Shown: positions 1 to 12,478, counted from the first letter of the stretch. The stretch: DNA of 64,000 nucleotides from an uncultured Solirubrobacteraceae bacterium (GCA_963702225.1 CAVPBY010000085.1:6663-70662), one strand, 5' to 3'. A program made the numbers and translations. The notes: generated by a model not told the origin, from the sequence alone.

Positions 1-1021
1 GCACCAGACCGATAAGACCTTCGTGAAAGACGGTCTGAATGGCTTCGCGGACGAAAGTGGACTGATCGAAAAGAACGTCTGTTTTCAAATTTGCCGGGAT
101 GTCCACCAAATGAGTCAGCAACGACCGAACACCTTCAACCACCTGAATGGTATTTGTGTCGCCGCCTTGCTTCATGATTGGGATGTATGTGGACCGTTGG
201 CCGTCTACGCGAACGATGTTGTACTGAATCTGACTGGAGTCTTCCGCCTTACCCAGCTCGCCGATCGAAACCGATGAGTTCTTGACGGTCTTGATGGGAA
301 TGGAGTTCATCTCGTCCATATTGGAGACGAGGCTGTTGGAGTAGACGTAGTAGTCGTAGGGACCCATCTTGACGTCCCCCGCCGGCAAAATCAGATTCTC
401 GTTGTTCAAGGCGGTCACGACGTCCATCGGACTCAACTGGCGGGAAATGAGTTTGTACGGGTCGACGTACACCATGATCTGGCGGTACTTGCCGCCAAAC
501 GGAGGGGGAATCTCCGCGCCCTTCACAACAGCAATCTGATTGCGGATCGTGAATTGGGCTTGATCATGCAGTTGAGTTTCGTTCAGGCCGTTGCCGTGAA
601 CGGCCACCAGGCAGACAGGCTGGCTGGAGGCATCGAATTTCAAAACAACTGGCGGCAAAGTACCCGGGGGAAGGCGCTTTAGATCGGCTAGGGCGAGATT
701 CGAAAGCTCGGTCACATCGGCATCTGCGCTGGTGCTTGGTTGAAAATACGCTTTGATGATGCTGACGCCCAGCATGGAACGCGACTCCATATGGTCCATG
801 CCGGCCGCCATGGTGAAGAATCGCTCTAAAGGATTTGTGATATCGACTTCGATATCGCCCGGGGGCATACCGGAGTAAAACGTTGCCACGACCACTTCCG
901 GCAAATTGATTTGCGGAAACAGGTCAACCGGCATGCGAGCGAGACTAACGCCGCCTATGACGCAGACGGCCAGGCAGACGACAATCACGAAGTACGGGTT
1001 TCGAATCGAGAAGCGTGACAT
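1..1021 (-). CDS. RND efflux permease, AcrB/CzcA family (5' part; runs off the window edge)
   Basis: Manual minus-strand translation from ATG at 1021 gives MSRFSIRNPYFVIVVCLAVCVIGGVSLARMPVDLFPQINLPEVVVATFYSGMPP...NPLERFF, a typical RND N-terminus. It lies directly downstream of an MFP gene. Confidence 0.92.
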   Translation of the reverse strand, partial: MSRFSIRNPYFVIVVCLAVCVIGGVSLARMPVDLFPQINLPEVVVATFYSGMPPGDIEVDITNPLERFFTMAAGMDHMESRSMLGVSIIKAYFQPSTSADADVTELSNLALADLKRLPPGTLPPVVLKFDASSQPVCLVAVHGNGLNETQLHDQAQFTIRNQIAVVKGAEIPPPFGGKYRQIMVYVDPYKLISRQLSPMDVVTALNNENLILPAGDVKMGPYDYYVYSNSLVSNMDEMNSIPIKTVKNSSVSIGELGKAEDSSQIQYNIVRVDGQRSTYIPIMKQGGDTNTIQVVEGVRSLLTHLVDIPANLKTDVLFDQSTFVREAIQTVFHEGLIGLV

Positions 1022-1052
1022 TGATATGGGAGAGTTCGCTGACCGGCCGGCT

Positions 1053-2303
1053 TTACGCTTTACCTTGATAGGTGGAGGGGGCGACCACCTGCGGACGCAC
1101 CAGTTCTCCCGGCTGAAGGCCTGACCGGTCGCTTACGACCACACGGTCTCCTTCCTCCAGACCGGATAAGACCTCTGCTTCGTTCTCCGATTGGCCTTCA
1201 ATGCCAAGCGTTACATCGCGAGACTGAATCTTGTTTGCCGCGTTTACGATATCGACCGTCGCGCGCTCGCCCGATTGGTCTACCGCCTGCATCGGCACAG
1301 TCAATGCGCGGCCAGCGCGGTTTAGTGTCAGAGTGGCATTCGCATACAAGCCCGGTATCAGTTCGCCCGTAGGATTTTCGACGTCTACCTCGGTATGCAT
1401 CGTCCGAGTTGAATCCCCGACCTCTGAGGAGAATCGCGCAACTTTGCCGGGAAAGCTCTTATGCAGCGAAGGCACCTGGACCGCAACCGGGTCTCCGATT
1501 TTTATGTAACTTACATATGATTCAGGGACGGGAATGACCAAGCGATACAAATTCTCCTGCGAGAGCTTCACCAGTGGCAGCGCCTGAGTGCTCGAGTTCG
1601 TGCCGGCCTGCATCAGCGTTCCATAGTTCGCGTAACGCTGGGTTACAACGCCGTTGAAGGGCGCGGTAATGCGGCAATAGGCATAAATGGCTTCGTCGTG
1701 AGCGACCTTGGCAGAGGCCGCCATGGCATTGCTTTTCGAAGCTTCGAGATTTGATTTCGCGGCGTCCACCTGTGCTTCGGCTGCCAAATCGCGGCCCTGC
1801 ACATCGTCCACTTCCTGCTGCGCGACCAATCCCGGCCGACTCTTTGAGACGTTGTTGAGGCGCTCGTATTCGAGATGCAAGACCTTATGCTGGGCCTCGA
1901 TCCGGCTCAGTTGATTGTTTGCATTCGTGATCTGATCCTGCATACTTTTGACAGTGGCCTTGTCCTGGTCCAACTGCGCTTCCAATTCCGGTATTTCAAG
2001 CACGGCCATCAATTGGCCCTGCTTCACGTGCGACCCGTAGTCAACCAGCAATTGCTTCACATAACCCGACTCTTTGGCGTAAACATCGATTTCCTGAAAG
2101 GGAACCAATTCCGACGATACTGTCAGTTGCCGCTGAAGCGGATGGCGTTCAACTTTAGCGACGCCGACCGTCACCACTTGGTCCTGTGCTACGGGTTCGG
2201 CATTGACCTTTTCAGTGCGGCCGCAGGAACTGAGAACGACAAGGACGCCAGCGAGGGCAGGAGTCAGAACAAGTAAAGTTTTGCCCGGCGAGAAAAGCGA
2301 CAT
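1053..2303 (-). CDS. RND efflux periplasmic adaptor (MFP) lipoprotein
   Basis: 416-aa ORF with lipobox-like LSSC, lipoyl half-motifs (SGYVKQLLVDYGSHVKQGQ; ITAPFNGVV), a coiled coil and GELIPGLYA. Confidence 0.93.
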   Translation of the reverse strand: MSLFSPGKTLLVLTPALAGVLVVLSSCGRTEKVNAEPVAQDQVVTVGVAKVERHPLQRQLTVSSELVPFQEIDVYAKESGYVKQLLVDYGSHVKQGQLMAVLEIPELEAQLDQDKATVKSMQDQITNANNQLSRIEAQHKVLHLEYERLNNVSKSRPGLVAQQEVDDVQGRDLAAEAQVDAAKSNLEASKSNAMAASAKVAHDEAIYAYCRITAPFNGVVTQRYANYGTLMQAGTNSSTQALPLVKLSQENLYRLVIPVPESYVSYIKIGDPVAVQVPSLHKSFPGKVARFSSEVGDSTRTMHTEVDVENPTGELIPGLYANATLTLNRAGRALTVPMQAVDQSGERATVDIVNAANKIQSRDVTLGIEGQSENEAEVLSGLEEGDRVVVSDRSGLQPGELVRPQVVAPSTYQGKA

Positions 2304-2546
2304 GTCAATTTTGGAGGAAGATTTCGAAAAAGCTGAGTTTTCGAGATCCAGCTAACATCTACTATCGCGGGGAAACGGCGATAATCGCCATACTGCCACT
2401 CCGGTATTTATTCCCTCGAAAGGGCAGTAGAGAGCGTGTCTGCGGCGGATCTCCGCCCCTTCGGTCTCGATTGACACTACGGCACTCCACCCTTCATACT
2501 AAATTCCTATATATCCACTTCTTTGTGGTGAAGCAAGGGAGGCTTC

Positions 2547-5500
2547 GTGCGGGGTCTAAAGGCTCTTTTTACAGGCGTAGCGTCGTTTCTGCTTGCTACC
2601 GGACTGCTTTTCGGTCAAGCTACCGGATCCATTTCCGGCAATATTACCGATGCGACCGGCGCGGCAATTCCTGGAGTTAAAGTAACCATCCTCTCCCCGT
2701 CGACAGGAAGTTCACGTGAAGCAATGACCGACCAGGACGGCCACTATGTGGTGCCGCTCCTGGGTGTTGGCGAATATACCGTGCGTTCGGAACTCAAAGG
2801 TTTTCAAACGTCCGAGGCGACGCACGTTCGTCTTCAAGTTGACGAACAGCGCGAGATCGATTTCAAGCTTTCTCCGGCAACTGTGCAGGAGAGCGTCGAA
2901 GTATCAGCGACGCCAGTTGCGGTCGAAACCGCCAACCCGACACTTGGCCAGGTGATTACGGCGCAGCAGGTCGCCGAACTTCCACTGAATGGCCGCGATT
3001 TCGTTCAACTGGCAACGTTGACGCCTGGGACGGTGCAGGAAACAAACCCCAACAGCTTCTTCAATGGCGGCGCTAGCAGCGAAGTTTCCGCGCGCGGATC
3101 GTTCTCGTTATCGGTGGGCGGCTCGCGAGCGAACAGCACCGATTGGCTGCTGGATGGGAATGACAACAACGAGTTGACTGGCGGCGGCATCGCGATTCTG
3201 CCGTCTCTCGATGACATTCAGGAATTCAAAGTATTGACCTACAATTACTCTGCGGAGTGGGGCACACGCGCTGGTCCCACCGTGCTTGTGACTACCAAGT
3301 CTGGCAGTAATCAGTTGCATGGTTCGTTGTTCGAATTTTTCCGCAATACTGACCTGGATGCCCGCAGCTTCTTCGCCACTAGCCCCGAGCAGTTCAATCT
3401 TAATCAATTCGGCGGCTCCGTCGGCGGCCCAATTAAGAAGGACAAAACGTTTTTCTTCGCCGACATTCAGAACAAAATGCAGCGACATGGAATTCCATTC
3501 GAAGGTCTCGTTCCATCGATCGCTATGCGCAACGGAGATTTCAGCGACGATGCGTTCGGCAATCCACGAACAGGTCTGTTAGCCAATCCGAACGTCAGCG
3601 GCGCGGCCGACACAGCGTTTCAGTGCGGCGGCTCGGGCGCAGCGCTACCAGGGAATGCGGATGGAAGCCAAGCGGCGGGATCCGATTGCAATAAAATCCC
3701 GGCATCGCTAATCAATCCGATTGCGGCAAAGATGATCAACTTCTATCCGTTGCCGAACGCCAACAACGCCGCGCTCGGTTACAACTACGTGAGCGAACCT
3801 GTCAGAAAACTGAACGAAGGCGAGTTCGATATCCGGTTAGACCATAATTTCTCAAGCAAAGACTATGCCTTCGCGCGTTTCAGTTACGACCAGGCCACGT
3901 CGTACGTGCCGGGTGGCGCACCCGGATTCGCAGAGCAGGGTGCGTTTGCCAGCAACCAAGGGATCCTTAATCATGCGCGCAATGTAGTCGCCGGCGAGAC
4001 GCACGTAATTTCGCCCAACACGGTAAATCAATTTACGGCCGGCTACAATCGAATCTTCGATTACATCTCGTCGCAGGGCACGGGTAGTTGCATTTCTGCG
4101 GCTATAGGCATTCCCGGCGCTAATTTGGGCGGCGTGAGCTGCGGCCTGACCTCGACTCAATTGGATGGCGGCTACTGGTCGCTCGGAGACCGCGGCTATT
4201 CACCCTTCCAGGGTGGCACCAATGTGTTTTCTTATGGCGACTCGTTGGATATGATTCGCGGCAACCACGACATCAATATCGGTTTCAACTTCCGTGCTAA
4301 CCAGATGAACGTATTGGCGGAGGGTTTTCAGGACGGCTATTGGATTTTTTCAGGCGCTTGGACGGGCGACCCCATTGCTGATTTGTTATTGGGTCTCCCG
4401 AGTCTAGCCATTCACGATCAGACTTTTGATGGCAACGTTACCGGCCGCCGTTGGAAGTTGTCCCGGCCTTACGTGCAGGACGATTGGCGCGTATCGAAGA
4501 GTCTGACCTTGAATCTTGGCCTGGCGTGGGCAATGGTCACTTCCCATTTCCGAAGCCGCCAACCGTCAAGCCGACTTTAATCCGGCAAATGGCGAATTCC
4601 TCATTGCCGGTAAGAACGCTGGGCCGGATGCCGGCATCCATATGGATTGGACAGCTCTGGAGCCACGTATTGGCCTCGCGTGGAAGCCTTTCGGCAGTCA
4701 ATCGACAGTGGTTCGCGGCGGTTATGCCATCTTCCACGATTCTTCCTGGAATCAAGGCGCGCAGGGCTTGTGGCAAAATCCGCCCTACTACGCCGAGTCC
4801 GACTCCTTTGCGTTCGGCGGCGCCTGCACTTTTGCGACGGCGCCCTGCTCAACGAATTACGGTTTGTCGCCTTCCGCAATCAACATGTCGTCCGGCTTTC
4901 CCATCTTCACTGCGCCGCCGGATCCCGACAGCTTCACCGGAACGATTCAGTCACAAAACCTGAACTTCAAGCAAGGCCGGGTCCAACAGTTTAATGTAAA
5001 CGTCGAGCATCAATTGCCCGGACAACTGGTGCTGACTGTTGGCTACGCAGGCTCCCGCAGCTCGCACATTTTGGTAGACGGTAACAACCTGAACGTGACA
5101 ACTCCCGCGGCTTGCGGCGTTGTGTCAGGTTACACCTTGGGCTGCGGGCCGGGCGGCTCCGCTCTCGGGTTACCCTATCCACAATTTCCGTATTCAACGA
5201 TCTCGAACACCAGCGATACCGGCCAAGCCCACTACAACTCGCTTGAAATCAAGGCCGAGACTAAGAGCGCGCGTCACGGGCTTTACGCCTTGATCGGATA
5301 CACCTATGCCCATGATCACGACAACGGTTTTTCCGACGGGTTAGGATCGCTCCTCGGCGCCACATATTATCCGCTCCCAAATTGGCAGAATCTCGATTGG
5401 GGTCTGTCCCAAATCAATCTGAACCAAAGCTTTACTGCCAGCCTGATTTATCAATTGCCTTTTGGGAAAGGCATGCAATTTGGCAGCAGTTGGAATGGCC

Positions 5501-5979
5501 CCGTCAACGCGCTATTGGGGAATTGGGAGGCAACCTTGATCGAAAAGGCCACTTCGGGATTTCCGGTATTCGTCGTAGACAGCAGCAATGAGAGTGGCGT
5601 CAATTTCCAGAACAACGGGAACAGCCTCAATCGTCCCGATCAAACTTGTAATCCGAATTCCGGCAACCAGACTTTAGCCTCGTGGTTCAATACATCCTGC
5701 TTCTCTGCGCCGGCCGCGGGCGAATTGGGAAATGCCTCGCGCACGCCGGTCAATGGCCCTGATTTCGTGAACACGGACTTCTCGTTAATCAAACACTTCC
5801 TGCTGCCGTTCCGGGAAGGAGCGCGGCTGGACTTCCGGGCGGAATGCTTTAACCTCTTCAACCACCCCCAATTCGGCACGCCCGGCGGTGACTACAATGC
5901 GCCGCTAACCTTTGGAGTTGTGAACTCAACCGTGAATAATCCGCGCTTGATTCAATTCGGTTTGAAATTGGCTTTCTAA
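2547..5979 (+). CDS. TonB-dependent receptor with N-terminal carboxypeptidase-regulatory-like domain (acidobacterial Oar-like type); one frameshift near 4540
   Basis: ORFs 2547-4580 and 4516-5979 join. Motifs include LPLNGRDFVQLATLTPG, YVQDDWRV, FRAECFNLFNHPQF and C-terminal PRLIQFGLKLAF with terminal Phe. Confidence 0.92.
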
Positions 5980-6000
5980 TTTAGATTCTTGTTGAGAACG

Positions 6001-6031
6001 GAGGCCGCACCCTTTAAAAGCACGCGGCCTC
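6001..6031. terminator. Hairpin between convergent genes, possible bidirectional terminator
   Basis: GAGGCCGC-N15-GCGGCCTC inverted repeat between the receptor and HD gene stops. Confidence 0.45.
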
Positions 6032-6049
6032 TCCTCATTCGTCCACTCG

Positions 6050-6592
6050 CTACGCCGGACTTGCCGCCTTCATCGCCTCAATGCAAAATGCGATGTGCTC
6101 GTCGAGCGGTATTCCAAGCTCTTCTGCTCCCTTCGTCACATCTTCACGATTGACATTGCGTGCGAATGCTTTGTCCTTCAATTTGCGTTTCACTGACGCC
6201 ACTTCCACCTCGTGAATGCTTTTGCCTGGCTTCACATAGGCGCACGCCGTCAAGAATCCGGACAATTCATCGCACGCAAACAGCGCGTGTTCCATCCTGG
6301 TTTCCCGAGGAAAGCCGCTATAGTTGGCATGCGACAACACGGCGCGCCGCACATCGGACGGTACGCCGCGTTCTGCAAGGATGGGCTCGCCTTTCATCGG
6401 ATGATCCGGCATGGAGGGATGAATCTCCCAATCGAAATCATGCAGCAGCGCCGTCACGCGCCACAGTTCCTGGTCTTCGCCAAATTTGCGGGCGTATGCA
6501 GCCATGCACGCTTCGACGCCCAACATGTGCTTCCGCAAGCTTTCACTTTGAACGAACTCACAAACGATGGACCACGCTTCCTCTCGGGTCAT
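6050..6592 (-). CDS. HD-domain metal-dependent phosphohydrolase
   Basis: SLRKH, LLHDFD, LFACDELSG and KDKAFARNVNR motifs. Confidence 0.88.
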   Translation of the reverse strand: MTREEAWSIVCEFVQSESLRKHMLGVEACMAAYARKFGEDQELWRVTALLHDFDWEIHPSMPDHPMKGEPILAERGVPSDVRRAVLSHANYSGFPRETRMEHALFACDELSGFLTACAYVKPGKSIHEVEVASVKRKLKDKAFARNVNREDVTKGAEELGIPLDEHIAFCIEAMKAASPA

Positions 6593-6600
6593 CTCAGTTT

Positions 6601-7083
6601 TTAGGATTCTTCGATCGTTACCGAGTTCAGCTCGTCGCCGGGCTGAATACTATCGACAACATCCTGTCCGGAACGTACCTGTCCAAATACGGTGTGTTTG
6701 CCGTCGAGCCAGTTCGTCACCACATGAGTAATAAAGAATTGGCTGCCGTTCGTGTTTGGGCCGGCATTCGCCATCGACAGTGAACCAACCTGATGTTTGT
6801 GAGGGTTGTCCTTGGTCTCATCTTCGAAGCGATAGCCAGGACCGCCGCGGCCACTGCCGGTAGGATCTCCGCCTTGAATCATAAAATCGTTGATCACCCG
6901 GTGAAACACCGTGCCGTCGTAAAATCCGTCCTTCGCCAAAAAGACAAAGTTGTTCACGGTCTTCGGCGCTTCTTTAGGAAACAGATCGACAACGATTTCG
7001 CCGCGCGCGGTCACAAGTTTCGCGCCAAAAGTTTTATTAGTGTCGATCGACATCGGCGGCGGAGCCGAGTATTGTTTGCTCAT
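6601..7083 (-). CDS. Cyclophilin-type peptidyl-prolyl cis-trans isomerase
   Basis: [39 protein letters not shown] and [10 protein letters not shown]. Confidence 0.97.
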   Translation of the reverse strand: MSKQYSAPPPMSIDTNKTFGAKLVTARGEIVVDLFPKEAPKTVNNFVFLAKDGFYDGTVFHRVINDFMIQGGDPTGSGRGGPGYRFEDETKDNPHKHQVGSLSMANAGPNTNGSQFFITHVVTNWLDGKHTVFGQVRSGQDVVDSIQPGDELNSVTIEES

Positions 7084-7158
7084 GCCTTACAGTGTAACGG
7101 GCACAGGAGGCCTGGCGATTGCAGCCTGCTGGCTGGTCAGCGATACACTTGCGTTGAA

Positions 7159-8085
7159 GTGAAGCTGATACGATTACCCCTCCTCCTTACTTACTTCGCC
7201 GCGGCGGCCGCGTTATCCGCCCAGGTGCGTTTCACACCAAGCGCTATCGACATACGCGTCGATGGCAAGCCGTTCACCACGTTTCATTACGGCGAGGAGG
7301 CCAACAAGCCTTATCTATGGCCGTTGCGCTCGGCATCGGGCAAGGAGGTTACACGCCGCTATCCGCAACAGATCTTCCCCGGCGAGAGCACCGACCATCT
7401 CCACCATCGCGGGCTTTGGTTCTCTTATGACGACGTGAATGGTGTCAAATTCTGGGAAAACGATCCGTCCTATACCAAGCCCAATATCGGACGCATCGTT
7501 GTGCGCAGTGCCACCTGGAAAGACGGCGCTAAAGACGGCACACTGCTGGCCAATATGGATTGGCGTGGTCCCGATGGCAAGACCTTGTTGGTTGAGGACC
7601 GCGACATGATCTTCTACTCCGATCCGAAATTGCGAATCATTGATTTCATCATCCGCTTGACTGCCGCGGAGGACATCACCTTCGGCGATACCAAGGAAGG
7701 CGCGTTCGCCATCCGGCTTGCCGACAGCTTCACCGCCAAAAAAGGCGCCAAGATGGTCGATGCCAATGGCCGCACCGGAATGAAGGAAATCTGGGGCAAA
7801 CGCTCCAACTGGGTCGACTACACGGCCGATGTCGACGGCGAGCAATTAGGCGTCGCTATCTTCGACAACCCGCAGAATCCGCGCCATCCCACCTATTGGC
7901 ATGCCCGCGACTATGGGTTATTCGCGCTAAACCCGTTCGGGCAGCACGCCTTCGACCCATCTAAAGAGGAGAGCCATTGGAAATTGCCCTCCGGCCAATC
8001 ACTCGTCTTCCGTTGGCGCGTGGTCATTCACCCGGCCGATGCAAACATTGCCGGCCTCTATGAGCAATACGCGTCGAAGCACTGA
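7159..8085 (+). CDS. PmoA-family/DUF6807-like secreted protein
   Basis: Likely GTG start at 7159 with a signal peptide. Motifs KPYLWPL, DHLHHRGLWF, FGDTKEG and WHARDYGLFALNPFG. Confidence 0.75.
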   Translation: MKLIRLPLLLTYFAAAAALSAQVRFTPSAIDIRVDGKPFTTFHYGEEANKPYLWPLRSASGKEVTRRYPQQIFPGESTDHLHHRGLWFSYDDVNGVKFWENDPSYTKPNIGRIVVRSATWKDGAKDGTLLANMDWRGPDGKTLLVEDRDMIFYSDPKLRIIDFIIRLTAAEDITFGDTKEGAFAIRLADSFTAKKGAKMVDANGRTGMKEIWGKRSNWVDYTADVDGEQLGVAIFDNPQNPRHPTYWHARDYGLFALNPFGQHAFDPSKEESHWKLPSGQSLVFRWRVVIHPADANIAGLYEQYASKH

Positions 8086-8095
8086 ACTTCAATAG

Positions 8096-8175
8096 GCCAG
8101 CGACATCCTCCGGGGCAAGCGGCCTCGGAGGCGATCGCCGCGATCGCCTACGACCGCCAGCCGGTCCTGGTCTGA
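8096..8175 (+). other. Headless 3' end of a high-GC gene at the compositional junction
   Basis: Reads ...EAIAAIAYDRQPVLV* in GC3-rich codons. There is no room for its 5' part, because the preceding gene stops at 8085. Confidence 0.5.
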
Positions 8176-8182
8176 GGCATCC

Positions 8183-8944
8183 CTGGCCTGGGAGCAGTCG
8201 CACTCGGCGTCGTTCGCAGCCCGCCACGGCACGGGCGACACCGAGGACGCGCGCCGCGTCCTGCGCTCGCTCGAGCACGTCCGCATCCAGCTGGAGCAGA
8301 TCGTCGATCGGCTCCCGGAGGAGATCACGGTCGTACTGCACCCGGGGATGGTGTCGCTCGCGCTGTCCAACCCGCTGGTCACGGCGCGCTGGGCGGTGAC
8401 CGCGCCCTCGGGCCGGCGCTACGTCACCGGATGGGTCGGCCGCAGCGAGATCCATGTGCTCTCGCCCGAGATGCTGCGCCGGCGCGGCAGCGAGGTGACC
8501 GGCTCACGCGAGATGCTGAGGCTGAGCGCCGCGGCTCTGTACGCCTGCCGCACGTTCGCGCAGAGCGCGTGGGACATCGGCAGCGGCCCGGTCGTCATCC
8601 GCTCGCTCGCCGAGGGGCGGCGCGAGCTGCGCTGGGCGTGGCATCTGGAGGGCGCCGGTCGTTGGTTGCGCCGGGCAGACCGCGCACGCCCGGCCGGCGA
8701 TCGCGCGCCGCCTGCGTGAGGGCCGCCGGCCGTCGTTCCCCCGGCGCTCCGCGACGCGCCGCTGCTCGGCGGAACGGTGTTCGACCTCCTGTCCGACTAC
8801 GAGGGCGAACAGGCGGCGATCGCGCTCGCCACCGCTCCGGACGGCCGCGGCCCCGTCGCCGCCATCGAGCGGGCGTTCGGTGCCCGCATCGACTCGATCG
8901 ACGCGGAGTGGCGCCTGCACCTCGGCCGGCTTGCCTCCGCCTGA
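8183..8944 (+). CDS. Hypothetical protein with peptidase-MA-like W-x-x-E-G motif (frameshifted)
   Basis: Joined frames: AWEQSHSASFAARH...RRYVTGW...LRWAWHLEGAGRW...RDAPLLGGTVFDLL...WRLHLGRLASA*. Start codon uncertain. Confidence 0.6.
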
Positions 8945-9504
8945 CCCCGAGGGATGGCGGGCGGGGGCGCGTCCGTGGACACGAGCGACAGCGCCCAGAT
9001 GACGGCGCCGCCGACGATCAGCGCGACCAGCAGCCAGGCGAGCAGCCGCCACGGCCGGACCACCGGCGCCGGGGGCCCCATGCCGGGTCCCAGGCCGGTG
9101 AGCCCGGCATCGAGCAGGATCTCGCTCGCCGTCTGAACCCCGAGGCGGCGACGAGCACGTCGCGCGGGCCGGCGAACAGCATGTCCGGCACGTCGAAGCC
9201 GGCGGTTCGACGCAGCAGGCTGGGGACGCCGTGCTCGAGCAGCAGCGACTGCATGAACTCCCCCTCGGCCTGGTTGCGCACCCAGGCGACCTTGACGAGC
9301 GGGCCCTCGGCGAGCTGGGGCTTGACCAGCCGGGCCCGCCGGCGGCGCTCGGAGACGTCCGCTCCCGGTGACGGCTCCTCGCCGGTCCCGTCGCCGAGCA
9401 CGAGCGGGAGCCCGCAGTCCGCGCAGAACCGCTCCGCGGCGCCGGCGCGCGACCCGCACCCGGGGCAGGTGAGCGTCGGCTCGGCCTCCCCGGTCGGTCC
9501 GCAT
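8797..9504 (-). CDS. Zinc-ribbon + DUF2007-like membrane protein (frameshifted; 3' end uncertain)
   Basis: CPGC...ERFCADCG, then NQAEGEFMQSLLLEHGVPS, then a C-terminal TM helix (LLAWLLVALIVGGAVIWAL). Confidence 0.7.
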   Translation of the reverse strand: MRTDRGGRADAHLPRVRVARRRRGAVLRGLRAPARARRRDRRGAVTGSGRLRAPPAGPAGQAPARRGPARQGRLGAQPGRGGVHAVAAARARRPQPAASNRRLRRAGHAVRRPARRARRRLGVQTASEILLDAGLTGLGPGMGPPAPVVRPWRLLAWLLVALIVGGAVIWALSLVSTDAPPPAIPRGQAEASRPRCRRHSASIESMRAPNARSMAATGPRPSGAVASAIAACSPS

Positions 9505-9510
9505 CGCTCC

Positions 9511-9920
9511 CTACTCCACCTGGAACGATCGCTCGGCGACGACGCCGTCGCGGATCTCGTACACCCGCGCCGTCGGGTCCTCGCCCGCCAGGCCGAAGAT
9601 CAGCCACCACACGCCCGGCCACTTGGCCGCGAAGTTGATGTCGGTCTGCGACGGGTAGGGCTCCGAGCGCGTGTGCGAGTGGTAGATCACCCCGACGTCG
9701 CAGCCGGCGTCCTCGATCGCGAAGTACGTCGAGAACAGCTCCTGGGAGTCGATCTCGAAGCGCATCGGGCTTTCGGCCGTGTTGCGCGTCGGGTGGACCG
9801 AAACCGCGTCGCCCCGCGCGTGGCCACCAAGCCGCAGCACTCGTTCGGCGCCTCGGCCTGCGCCTGCGCGAGCATCCGGTCATACAGCGCACGCGGGATG
9901 AGCATCGTCTCACCGTCCAT
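9511..9920 (-). CDS. mec: JAMM/M67 metallopeptidase (Mec-like CysO-cysteine peptidase), frameshifted
   Basis: PNECCGL and IYHSHTRSEPYPSQTD JAMM motif. In an operon with cysM and a sulfur carrier. Confidence 0.88.
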
Positions 9921-9953
9921 CGCTCAGCCCCGCGCCCGCGGGCCGCGGAGGGC

Positions 9954-10928
<975 letters not shown>

Positions 10929-10984
10929 TCATTAGTGTAGCCCCGGACTGTGGCCGCAAACCGGCCGCGGCGCGGCGGCTTCGG

Positions 10985-11262
10985 TCAGTTCCCTCCGCCC
11001 GCCATGGCGGGCAGGATCACGAGCGTGTCCGGTCCCCGACGGCGGTGTCGAGGCCGTCGAGCACGCGCACGTCCTCGTCGTTGAGGTAGACGTTGACGTA
11101 GCGGTTGAGCTCGCCGTCGGTGGCGAACAGCTGCGTCTCGGTGTCGGGGTGGGCGTCGGCGACCGCGCGGAGGATCTCGCCGACGGAGGAGCCGGCGGCG
11201 GTGAGCTCGCGCTCGCCGCCGACGGACGGGCGCAGCACCGGTGGGATGCGGATCGTGGCCAT
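10985..11262 (-). CDS. Ubiquitin-like sulfur carrier (MoaD/CysO family), frameshifted
   Basis: IRIPPVLR...NRYVNVYLNDEDVR...VILPAMAGGGN*. Confidence 0.9.
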
Positions 11263-11288
11263 GTGAGCGGTCGGCGCTCGGAGCGCCG

Positions 11289-12472
11289 TCAGTGGGCTCC
11301 GGCGCAGAACGCCTCGTAGTCGGGGAAGACGCCCATCTCCTCGTCGGAGATCTCCTCGGGGTCGCGCGAGCAGACCGGGCAGTCCGGGTCACGGCGGACC
11401 TTGACCTCGGTGATCGTGGCGGCGAGCGCGTCGTACATCAGCAGCCGGCCGATCGCCGGATCGCCGACGTCGAGGATCAGCTTGATCACCTCGGTCGCCT
11501 GCAGCAGTCCCATCGTCCCGGGCAGCACCCCGAGCACGCCGTTGGCGCCGCAGGAGGGCGCCAGCTCGGGCGGCGGCGGCATCGGGAACAGGCAGCGGTA
11601 GCAGGGGCCGTCGTAGGGCTTGAACACCGACAGCTGCCCGTCGAAGCCGAGGATCGCCGCCGACACGACCGGGATCCGCAACCGCACCGAGGCGTCGTTG
11701 AGCAGGTAGCGCGTGGGGAAGTTGTCGAGCCCGTCGACGACGATGTCGTAGTCGGGCAGGATGTCCATGATGTTGTCCGGCGCCCAGGCGCATCTGGTAC
11801 TTCTGGACCTTGACGTCGGGGTTGAGCGCGCGGATCGTCTCCTCGGCCGAGTCGACCTTGGGCATGCCGACGCGCTCGGAGTTGTGGATCACCTGGCGCT
11901 GCAGGTTGGAGAGGTCGACGGTGTCGTCGTCGACGATCCCGAGCGTGCCGACCCCGGCCGCGGCAAGGTAGAGCGCGGCCGGCGAGCCCGAGCCCGCCGG
12001 CGCCGAGCAGCAGCACCTTGCGCGTCGAGCAGCTTCTGCTGGCCCTCGACCCGACCTCGGGCAGCAGCAGGTGGCGCGAGTAGCGGTCGCGCTGCTCGGC
12101 GGTGATCGTGCGCGGCGTCTCGACCCCGTAGCCGCGGTCCTTCCAGAGCGTGATCCCGCCGGTCATCGACTCGACGTTCGTGTAGCCGAGATCCTCGATC
12201 AGCGTGCGCGCCGCCCACGCCGAGCGGTTGCCCGACGGCGCAGTAGAGGATCACGTGCTGGTCGCGGTCGGGGATCGCGCCCTCGATCCGCGACTCGAGG
12301 GGCGACTTGGGCACGTGCCTGGCGCCGGGCAGGTGGCCGGTCGCCCACTCCTCGGCTTCCCGCACGTCGAGGACGAGCGCGCCGTTGCCAGCTGCTCCCG
12401 CACCGCAGAGGGATCGACCTCAGCGATCCGGCTCTTGATCTGGCGGAGGACTTCGGCTCCGGAGGGGGTCAT
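11289..12472 (-). CDS. moeB: MoeB/MoeZ-type E1-like adenylyltransferase with N-terminal rhodanese domain, frameshifted
   Basis: Rhodanese (GHLPGA, ILYCA..NRSA), then [33 protein letters not shown] and CYRC/CPVC. RBS GAGGAG upstream. Confidence 0.92.
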
Positions 12473-12478
12473 CTCCTC

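Noticed and set aside
4516-4580. Split TonB-dependent receptor as phase variation
   Set aside because: A single extra base near 4541 with no long homopolymer or repeat tract. More likely a sequencing error.
7159-8085. PmoA label read as methane monooxygenase
   Set aside because: This is a soluble secreted protein lacking the multi-TM pattern of true pMMO PmoA, and there is no pmoB or pmoC nearby.
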